Source of the DNA: Vitrella brassicaformis CCMP3155
Taxonomy: Eukaryota; Protista; Chromerida
Direction of reading: 5' to 3'
DNA length: 25,655 bases
Assembly: GCA_001179505.1 (NCBI GenBank)
Contig: CDMY01000739.1
Coordinates: 1-25,655 of the forward strand
Both the position numbers and the translations under genes were made by a program. This document shows positions 9,650 through 19,552 of the stretch, piece after piece. Under the pieces are notes generated by a model, which was not told the DNA's origin, made no database searches, and was given only the letters and a program-made list of their open reading frames with translations. Position 1 is the first letter of the stretch. Every line of letters begins with the position of its first letter.

Positions 9650-10240
9650 TCTCACTGACTGTCTGCAAAAAGATCTCACTGAACGCGCCGCGAGGACCAG
9701 CCGAGGAGTGGCACTGGGATGCGGAGGGTAGGTGCCGTGAAAGCGTGCAAAGGCTGGGGATACAGAGACACGCGGTCGGTCGATCCGTCCGTCTGTTCGT
9801 CGAAGCTCTCCCACTTGAGATGAAGCTACTCACCAGATGTGTCGACACCTGCACATTCCAGCCCGTCAGGCAGCTGGGGGAAGACGCCAAAGTGGCCGTG
9901 GAACGGTTGAGCAAAAAGCGTCCACACAGACGGGATGCGAACGAAGAAGAGCGACGCCGAAAGAACAAGACCTTCGAGAGCCCCTCGATGTGAGATAAAT
10001 GCACTTGAGCAACGACCTGACAGCAACGACAAAAGCAAGGCCAACCAATTGGATGCCTCAAGGCGAAGTGATGAGCCACAGCTGTCCATCGATGCCATTA
10101 GGGGAGACGTAACTGCTCTGAAGGAACAGATAGGCGCCATGAACAAGCAAGAAAAAGACAAGGCCTGCAGCACTAGCAAACAGGGACAGCAGGCAATGGA
10201 AAGGACGACCCGCATTCCTAGGCAGGAACCATTTCTGTGA
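9650..10240 (+). pseudogene. Possible degenerate retrotransposon gag-like fragment
   Basis: RGPAEEW…VRLFVEALPLEMK…TF followed by a coiled-coil-like tail in a shifted frame. The resemblance is weak. Confidence 0.3.
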
Positions 10241-10697
10241 CATAGCTCGACACAGATGGAGGGGTTGCAGGAGACGACCAGGCGGCGGGCTGCCTTGCCC
10301 AAGCCAGCCAACAGCCAGTGCGGAAGCTGAGAAAACGAACTCGTCCTTCCGGGCTCGAATCGATCAGTTGACGCCCTGTGCAGCACAGCCATGAATCCTG
10401 ACTGAGGATTCCCTGTTACTCTATGGGGGAGCTTTTTCATCTATGGACATCTACTGCAATGCCAGGATCTGAGCTACCTATCACACGACACTGGCCGATC
10501 TAAGTTAACAACAACTCACCACTGGATACATCGCATGTGCGAACCCACCATGACCGAAAACATCGAAACAATTCTTTCCAAAGGCACTCGGTGTGGTGGC
10601 CGGTCGATGTGGAAGACGCACGAACAGCCAAGTCCTTTTCGGTCAAGGATCTGTCACGAGCCTCTCTTCCCCTACCGCCATTCCCGTACTTTTCCCA

Positions 10698-11602
10698 TCA
10701 CAGCCGCTCTTGTGCTGTCAATGGAAGCACTTCATCCTCATCCTCAGCCTCATGCTCGTCCAGTGGTGTCACAATCGTTACACACCTGGCTGACTTCCCG
10801 TGGTTCGGAGTGTGTCTGTGTCCATGGTTGCCGTGGCAGCATGAAAGGCCCATGGCTGTGATGGCCTGGTGTGAGAGATAATTAGACGACAGCAGGCAGA
10901 CCGATCCCATCAGCCCCACCACCATGAGGATGATGTCCAGTTGCTCCAAATACACCAGCCACCCCCACAGCGCCGACGCAACCGACGCCGGTGCACTAGT
11001 GGTCGAATCATCGGCCATTTGTCCGTCGGCTGTCAGGAGAGTCACGTTTCCCAAATGGGGGTGGGTGTGTCCGTGGCCGTGTGCGTGGGCCTCTTGTGTG
11101 AACAGGGATGTGGCTGATATACAGCAGCGCCACGCCGAATGCCCCAAGAGCGAACAACCGCAGAATGCGGTGTCGCGTGTAGTTCATCAGCACCGACAGC
11201 CCGCCGATAGGCAGCAGAACCCAAAAGACAGCCTAAACCACAGGGAAAGAGAAGAAGACTCCTCATGAAGAGTCGAATCTGTGGGTCCTTGATGCATACC
11301 ACATCCACTGCCTGGTGTATCTGGTCGTTGGTGTGTTCGCCCACAACGCCGAGGAACGGTGCGATGGCCAGCAGTGGCGGGAGTATCACACACTCAATGG
11401 CGCAAAGCACCGACAGAACAGTCGTCGCAAGGATTGTGAACGACTGAATGCGCCGCAACAAAGGGGACAGAGGGGGTTTCAGGAACGCTGCCGACGATGA
11501 CAGACTGACAGATGGCGAGTGACATCCACTGTGACTTTCTTCCCTCTGTGTGGACCTCACACACGAGTGCGCGACGTCATGATGTTTGTGGTTGCAGCTC
11601 AT
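10698..11602 (-). CDS. MerC-domain membrane protein with His-rich segments (one apparent frameshift near 11110)
   Basis: SVLCAIECVILPPLLAIAPFLG, LPIGGLSVLMNYTRHR, LFALGAFGVALL and GSVCLLSSNYLSH follow the MerC helix pattern. Intron 11299-11233 (GTATGC..TTTAG). His-rich HAHGHGHTHPH and CCHGNHGHRH. Confidence 0.7.
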
Positions 11603-12010
11603 GTCGCTTTCGCAGTATGTAGCGATCGCGCGCCTGCGGGGGGTGGCACCTGGCAGAACCGGGGAGCAGCGCAGAAAGTATCAGAGAAAGGTTTGTCGGA
11701 AGCACACAAAGGTCCCCTTACCAATGTTTGTGCTTCCAATATCAATATTTAGTTGAGACGACGGTAGACGACAAGATAAGTTCGGACCGTTAACCATAAG
11801 TTCGGGCCGTTACATAGTCGGGGGAGTACGCGTGCACTAAATCGATCGATGGTACAACTGAGGGTGCGCAGAAACGGGCGCCTCATGACGGTCACACACA
11901 TAGACTTATCTGTGTGATCCGGTCTGCGGGTCTTGACGCATTTGATGTGTTCCATACATTTTGCCTGCGCAGCCGCTTGACTCACTGTCCGACAGTTTAC
12001 GACTGGCCGG

Positions 12011-12620
12011 CTAAAGCTCAGCTGAGCTTGATGAGTGAGCCCTCGGGAAGCCCTCCGTAAGGTCCCTGATTACACTCATCGCGTGCTGGCCTGCACGACC
12101 GGCGCCCGCTGTCCGTGGAGAGCCATAGATGTGTGGGCCGAGTGGGTAGAGGAGGGCTTCTGCATAGCGGTATCGACAGGTGAGTGCGCCTGTGACCTCG
12201 AAGATGAGTCGGTGTGATATGGTGTTGAGCTTCTCGACTGTGCTCAAAGGGCCATCGCCTACCAAAGCAAGTCAACCTGACTTCCTCTCTGCGTTTGTTA
12301 TACGTATTGCGACCTTAGTGTCTCGCACTCATCATTCAGCAGGTCGCTGACGCGGTAAACCCGTCGGCCGCAAATCACACCGGGCACGTAGGTAGAAAAC
12401 AAACACACGAGACATACGAGACATGAAAAGAGACCGGATGCATCGAGGCTCCACAACTTACCATGACATGTCTCTTGTGATCCACTGTTCGTTCGGCGAT
12501 AGTCGTCCATGAATACTGCAATGTCCTCAAGCGGCGACATGCTGTTGCTCGTCGTTCATATCCTTGCACTTACCTTGAGGCCACTCGTCGCCATAGCGGT
12601 CGCACATGCTCAACTTTTCG
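12011..12620 (-). CDS. 3' exons of a hypothetical spliced gene
   Basis: GTAAGT donors at 12573 and 12461. Exons 12541-12462 and 12258-12011 join in frame (MSPLEDIAVFMDDYRR…ETCH/GDGPLSTVEKL…RYAEALLYPLGPHIYG…). No family recognised. Confidence 0.4.
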
Positions 12621-13373
12621 TCCACATGGAGATGCTCTAATGTGTGACTCGCTGTAGGAGTTCCACGTGCTGACGCATCCTGTGTGTCATGCCCTCAATG
12701 ATTGATTTCGGGCAGGACTCGATTCGAGCGACAACAGTGGCCTGCAAAAAAGCAACTTCGGTCACGGGGCTCCGCTCACTCAAGCGCTGTTCTTTTGTTT
12801 ATTCGTCCGGGGCTCCTTACGTAGGTAACGAGAACCCTTCTGACCTGCCTCGCGGAGCTTCTGTCTGGAATCGTTTAGATAATGTAAAAGGATACAGTGC
12901 CGAACCCGCCGATTGGGCCATTGAGCATCACCACGAGAGGAGCATCCTCGAGAAAAAGAGGAACAACCACGCCGAGGTCAACTCTTTTTCTCTTATGGTG
13001 GGCGGTGAGGACATCGCGTCATCGCATTCCTCGGCCATGTTTGCGTGTATATCCTGGGCATAGGCCTGCCTCGGATTGTGTGTGTGTGTGTGTGTGAGAC
13101 TCCCGTCTGCAGGTTACAAATCTACTGTGAATAGGGTTTGTCGGCGGGTAGAAGCATTCAATCACCATCAAGCCACCAGCTATCTTTCGTCAAGGGATTG
13201 GAATGATCCTAAGCCCGATGCTTCCTAAGTTCATCGCAAGTGATACTTTCACTGCCTTCACTACGACTCACTCCTGGGGCTTCAAGCTTCAGCCCGTCAG
13301 ATGGCTGCAAGACAAAGCGGCTTCAGCCTGCCTTTCTCTGATGCCTTCTTTTCCAAAACACATTGTCGCTGTT

Positions 13374-16048
13374 TCATGTGTCTCGAACAGTGCGTTCCTT
13401 GCACGGCTTTGTCTGCACAACTGGCGATCGGCTCATTTCCTTGCCCTCTGCACCGAGAGCGATAGCCTGGAAGTACTGACACTTCTCGGCTCCATCAGGC
13501 ACCTCAACCCAGTGCTCAAACTGTGTCTTCTCGACATCCACCAGCACCTCAGTGGGCGGCGACCTTTCACTCTCCCCCGTGACGATCCGCCACTTCTTCA
13601 CTTCCGTGGCGCCGTTCCAGCTGAAGTGAAGCCGAAGGGCCTTCGCTGGGTTGTTATCATCCAAGAGGGCTTTGGGTGGCCAAGTGGGGGTCCCGATCCA
13701 GGGAGCCTTGACGGTGCGGTACGTAAATGTGTGAGGAGTTGTCCACTCCATCCGGATTAACTCTTCCCCGTCGATTGTTACCTCCATGTAGAACGGAATC
13801 CCTACTGTTCCGTTCTTGTTTTTTCTCAGACCCAGACAATACACACCGTTGCCGTTAGCCATCCGCCTGTAGCTGCCCATCGCGAAAGAGCGGATGCCGG
13901 TATCATATGCATTCACCAACCGTGCCTTGGTTGGACAACCGTCGGAATCGAACGACAATTGGTATTGGAGACCTCGAGCACTTCCGGAGCTCTTGTCATT
14001 CCTCACCGAGTTATCAAACATAGTAATCTGAGATTCCTCGATCTCTCTCACGTCATGTTGCCCCACGAACTGGCCTCTATTGTCGTTGATGATCCTGAAA
14101 CGAAACTCGGACTCGGATATCGGCACTTTGTGTCAATCACTTGCCATTACCTGAAGTCGCCACCCTTCCCTCCGAGACGCCACAGGACCTCTCCGGTATC
14201 TCTGTAGTGCACACGGAAATACACGAGTGATTATCCGGACGGCCTAGCTTTTTACACCTATGGATTTTTGCGACTTGGTTCATTCTCCTCATCCTGGAAA
14301 GACAGACACACACACACACACACATCTGCGCTATACCGATTGGGACCAAGCAAGACACAATTGCCGGTTACGAAAGGAGAATGCTGCCATTCTCAGCCTC
14401 TCCAAGTGCTATCGAATGCAAAGAATTCCAGCATTCGAAGTGATGTGCGTGCAAAAGATCTCGAGTCGCTCACAATTTGAGTGGAAAAGGTCCCACATCT
14501 CGTTAACAATAAGCATGTTTGTCTCCCAAAAAGCTAGGGGCAAATGATCCCATGACCGCCACTCCATTACCACATCACCTGCAGGTGAAGAAACGTTCAA
14601 ACCACTTTTACTCAATATGTTTGCGCGCGCACCTTCTGGCGTCACCTCTTGTATGATTGTCCCAATGGCACCTCTCGCGTCAGCACCGAGGCGCAGGTTC
14701 TTGGTATTCAACAATTGGAAATCCCATCTGCAACGGGGACAATATGAAATGTACAGATTATCTATTTGTCTTACACAAGCATCAGCGCCGTTCCTTCTTT
14801 AGTCGCATGGAATTCATGCCAATTCTTCCCTGTCATCCAATGAGATCCGAGTTCGGAAGCGCCAAGTGTTTTCAGGCGTTGCTTACTGAAGCCGTGTTTC
14901 GGGGAGTAGGTATGTCGCACCTCGTAGTCGGGACCGACAATCCTGCCTCCCCCCCTGTACAGCTGTCCTCTATGTGTAGGTGCGAAAGCGGCAGAACCGC
15001 CGCCCGCAAACTCATGATACACAGGGTCGCCCTGTCAAGGGGCACTTTTGCCGACGAATCGTTTATATCCTTGATATGTACCTGCGATGTCATTATGATG
15101 CTCGCCGTGCTCCAAACTGTGGTGAACACGTAGCCGGGCGCCAGTTTCTTCAGTTCGCCGGTTGTCACCTTCGCGCGGGGGTACGCAGATGGGAGGGTCC
15201 TGTACATATACACAAAGAGGTAGACTCTCCCTAACGCTTCACTGTGTGCACACATCATGGCTGCGTTTGCGTCCTCGCCTGTATGCGCAGTTCGGGGCGA
15301 AGTACTCGCTTTGCTTCGATGAAGAGTTTTTTCCATAACAATCGATTTCGTCTGCGTCGTTTACATCAGCAACATCAGCAAGGGAACCGTGAAAGGGGCT
15401 GATGCCCAGCAGGAGAAGGGCATCTTGAGCCTTGTCAAATAGGCGTATGGTTTCGTCTGATGAAGTGTCGTTGGTGGCGTTCCCGGGCCTCCGGCTCTTT
15501 ACTGCTCTGTTGCTCCATGAGACCTTGAAACGCCACTGCGATTCGGAGAGGGACGCATGGGTTTCATTGGTTTTTATCCCCTTCGCCACTTTTACGCTCA
15601 CAGTTTCCCCAGGCTCGAAGGCCGCGTCAGGTACGAAATAGATCGTTCTGTTGTCACTCAGTAGCCGCGTGTTTCCATCGTGGTCGCCCGACACGTCACC
15701 GCGGACGCTGATCTTTCCTCTAATGCTGTCTCTGTCCACCTTTTCTTTCGGCCTGAAGGCGATGGTTGTCAAAGGGGAGACGAGAATGGCTCCAGGCAGC
15801 GGATGGGCATAAACGAAGGGAGTCTCCTTCCGCAAAGCCTGCAGGCCGATAGAGGGCTCGGGGGGTTTCAGCAGGTCGCCCTCATCTCTGAGTTTCTCCT
15901 GATCTCTTTTGGGGTTCAAAGCCATTGCTTCCAGTTGACCTAGAAGCTGGTCAGTGTTACGTTCTGTCGCTTGCTCGTCAGTGAGGGCGACCCCCTGACG
16001 CCCCACCACAAAGAAGATACACAGGACAACGAGAACGCTGGGCGACAT
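13374..16048 (-). CDS. Secreted arylsulfotransferase (ASST-type) with N-terminal Ig-like domain, multi-exon
   Basis: Signal peptide MSPSVLVVLCIFFVVG; Ig-like PLPGA..VSP.T.I.FRP…FVPDAAFEPGETVSVKV; then HEFHATKEGTAL, IIQEVTP, VMEWRSWDH, WDLFHSN, TGEVLWRLGGKGGDF, QHDVR, FDNS, MGSYRRMANGN, TYR…W.G.P, SWNGATEV..W. Exons join through GT-AG introns. Confidence 0.9.
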
Positions 16049-16284
16049 AGTTATGCTATACAGATATACAACTTTACGAGGGGTGATATTGTAGGAACAC
16101 CCATTAATGCAGACCACTGCTTTTAGCGCTAAAATGACCACTGCTTCTCGCGAGGAATTTCCCCGCAGCGTGGGCTCGACCACCTTCGCATCCTCACTGC
16201 CATCCGAAAACTGGGCGTTCGCGACTAGGTGTGTCCGGGATTCGCTGAAGATGGTGGTGCGATACCACCGAGGAGTACGTGAAG

Positions 16285-16795
16285 AGGGAGAAGTACTTCA
16301 AGCGTTTCTGCGCTGGAGAATGGCAAGGACTGCTCGACGGGTCCAGGAATTTTACTCAGGTCGCCATGTTTTCGCTCCGCGTGGCGATGGACCTCGAGGA
16401 CGAAGTTGAGCGGCAGGGAGATTGATTCGTGAAACAAGGAGAGCTGTCGCGTCCGCCAAGGTCGCTCCCAGCGTCGCCTGCGACGCTCCAGCAGCTCAAA
16501 GGTCCATCCGGGCTTGGGACCTACAAAGCCGCAGCCCAGAACGGCCCGGACGGACCGCGCCTGCCTTTCTCGGTCCCTGCTGGCTGCCCTCAAGACGGCG
16601 CCGCGGGGTTCCGCAGCTGGCCCTACGGTTGGCGATATGAACATCTTCGTGCCTGCATGGGGGAGGATGATGCCACGGTACAAGACAGGACCGTCCCTCT
16701 GCCTTCCCTGGAAACATGCCGGAAAGTTGCACTGCGACTGATGAAAGACAACGGTGGGGTCCGGCCGATTGCTGTGGCTGATGTGCTTTGGATAT
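16285..16795 (+). mobile_element. CRE-type non-LTR retrotransposon fragment (region at and before the RT N-terminus), frameshifted
   Basis: KRFCAGEWQGLL, KQGELSR, LAALKTAPRGSAAGP/YGWRYEHLR and RKVALRLMKDNGGVRPIAVADVL match CRE RT domain 0-2 motifs. Confidence 0.8.
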
Positions 16796-16808
16796 CGGCG
16801 CGGCCTGC

Positions 16809-16896
16809 GCCGATGTAGGCGCCGATATAGGCGCGGATTCGCCGATGTAGACGCAGCCGCGCCGATGTAGGCGCGCCTATGTGGGCGACTATGTAG
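16809..16896 (+). repeat. GCCGATRTAG minisatellite
   Basis: Units at 16809, 16821, 16841, 16861 and degenerate units at 16875 and 16887. Confidence 0.8.
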
Positions 16897-17620
16897 GGAG
16901 GAGTCTCAATCCTCATTCTATCCCTCAGCGCGCAATTGCACCTCTCGGCCGTGCCTGCCTGCCTTTCGGCTTCGTCTGTAAAACAGATAGAAAAAACCAG
17001 CTTCAGTTCAATCGAGGCCTGATTGAGTTGTCCAAGATCGCATCATTCTCACCTGATTCGACGACTTCCAATTCGCAATTCCGAGAGAAATGAGCGTTCC
17101 TTACCTTCGTTTTCCTTTCTGTGGCCTTCCTGGTCATTCCCTCTGCTTATCATCACGATCGGTGGCCATCCCGGTCATCTCCACTGAGAACTGAGAGTGT
17201 TTCTCTCTCCGACCTTCCTGACCTTCATCACTTGCGTCATACCGAGTTACTTTCCCTGGCGACGAGTCGATTCTGCGTGGCTGCTGACGCGCCTCACTAC
17301 TACTGTGACTGACATCATGTGCGACACTGTGCGTGTTTGTGTGCGTGTGTCACCCCGTGCAAGCCTCCTCCCTTGGATTCGAAGTTTTTTAAAATTGCTC
17401 CCTTTCTTTAAATTTTATTTGCGAATTTTTAAATTACTCCTTCGATTTTTTGAGGGGTTTGGGACGTTTTAAAAAATGCGCGATCAGCGGAGGAGGCTTG
17501 CACGGGGTGGCGTGTGTGCGCGTGGTGCGTGTGGACAGACATTCGTGTATTACTCAAGTGAAAGCTGTTCCTCTTCTTTGTGTCTCCAAATCGTCGACCA
17601 ACCAGCAATTTTTTATTAAG

Positions 17621-17672
17621 CGTAACACTCGTCTGTGTGTCCGTGATACTCATACAAATACGGTCCCATGAG
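17621..17672 (+). repeat. 52-bp dispersed repeat, copy 2
   Basis: Matches 6773-6824 with 2 mismatches. Confidence 0.9.
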
Positions 17673-19552
17673 ACACAGCTCGTCTCATTCAACACAAAGA
17701 CAACCCATACACAGTCGAGCATACGTTTGTTATGCATCTCCTTCCGCTTTCGGGTACATTACTTTATCATTCACTGTCAAACGTACACAAAAGCACGAAG
17801 CTTCTTGATGCATTGCCGTGTCCATAGTATGTAGAAGCAACACGTCACGGCCACTGATTGCCTTCCTCTGTGATCAAACGTTTTCCGTTGTTCGGGGCAT
17901 TATTGAGTACCTATACCAGACGTCAAATCTACTGCTTGGAGCCCTTTTTTTCCCCTCTCCGGTTGGGGCTCCAGGAGTGCCCTGAATGTCACCTATCAAG
18001 GTTTACAACAACAACACACAAGAGCAACAACAACAACAACCAAACAAAAAAAAGGGGAGGAAGGGAGAGAGGGCAGAATACATAAGCTGAAACGGCGCAA
18101 TGTGCATGGTCTCGGTGAAAGGTTGGCGATGCTATTCTGTCAACCTGCGGAGACTGTACATGCAAGGATAGCGGCGACATGCACGAGCCAACACGCGGAC
18201 ATGATGCGAGCACACGTCGCGGCGACCATTCCTGGTAGCCGCCCCTCGAGAGCCCCCTCTCGAACCCCGCATTCTTGATCTTTTCGGTACAGCGATTCCA
18301 GCCATCCCCGTCCCTTTGCAATTCGTCTGACGATCGTGGACGGTGGACGTGCCTACTTGATTGTTCAAGGGGGAAGCCAAACCAACCAATCAAGACGTCA
18401 AGACGTGCCGAGGAGCAGACAGGGAGAGCTTTGTCGTGCATTGCGGCATCAATTAGCTGTCGCGACTGTGTGCGTCAGTCATGTCAGAGCCTTCCGTTGT
18501 CGACGGATGTGATTCAGTCCTGTGTGTGACTTCGTTGTCGTTGCATCGTGAGTGTCTCCATCCTAGTATCAATCAATAAGCACCAGTAGAGCACCGAGTA
18601 GCTTTTTCTTTCGTGAGCACCCTGGTGGAAGTAAAACAACCACAACAAAGCACGACAATACTACGGGTTTTTTTTTAACACGAACAGCGCTCATCCACCG
18701 CCGCAAGCAATGAGGGACATGCACACGAGGCACGTGGCTTGCGGTCACAATATCCTGCACGAGACACGTGTCACATGGTCTGTATCGGCTCATGGTGGAA
18801 GGACAGCTGAGGGAGAGTGCGAAAGGCTCAGTCTGCAGCATGAACCCTGAAAATCCGGCACAACCAAATAGAGTAAAAGCAACCCACGCAAAGAAGACAG
18901 CAAACAAGCGAAGGAGTGAAGAAGGAAGACTCAACAAGCGCCATCGGCATCGGCCAAAGCGGCACATGCTCTCGAAGGAAGCAGGAAGAGATGCAGCGGC
19001 TGCTCGAGCGGATGGAGGCCGCAGAGAAGGCGAGGATCCTGTGAGGCCATGGGTGCCGGCCAACAAGAACGCGCGGGAGTAGGTTGGTACAGGGGCATCA
19101 GTAGAGATGGCTTCTGGAACAGCGACATATCTGAAACAGCCAACAGACACACACACACACACACACGCCGACTGACCCGTGAAACTCACTGCGACGCTAA
19201 ACACACATACATATTCTGGAATACACAGCATTTTTTCAAATGGACATGTCCCAGAATGGAACACGTGGGAAGAAGAGAGAGCTCTTTACACACATCATGG
19301 AGAGAGGGGCCATTGCCGGTAGTTTCGTGGAGAGTCTTCACACGATACTGCGGTGGTTGGTCGTTAGCTCGAAAACAGGAGAACACAATAGGCACGTAGC
19401 AGGGTCTCTATCAAGAAGGATTTTACGATACAAACATGTGATCATAAGCCTATACGAATAATGGAATTCTCGACGATCAAACTGATAGTGTGGACAGTGA
19501 CTCCCCTTAGAGCAGTGGAGGACTACGTCTCAGGATGGGATGCGGAGTTGAT

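Noticed and set aside
15200-15278. Possible non-canonical GC-AG intron in the ASST gene (TACAG|GCGAGG)
   Set aside because: A downstream canonical GT donor (~15242) also joins in frame to the same acceptor, so GC-AG is not required. Only cDNA could decide.
17380-17475. AT-rich patch with TTTTAAAA runs
   Set aside because: Only a short degenerate direct repeat; no termini, TSD or hairpin to support an element call.
17860-19500. Several 60-230-aa ORFs on both strands, including a charged Lys/Arg/Glu-rich stretch at 18770-19080
   Set aside because: No recognisable motif or consistent splice pattern; compatible with chance ORFs in GC-rich DNA or the kinase 3' region.
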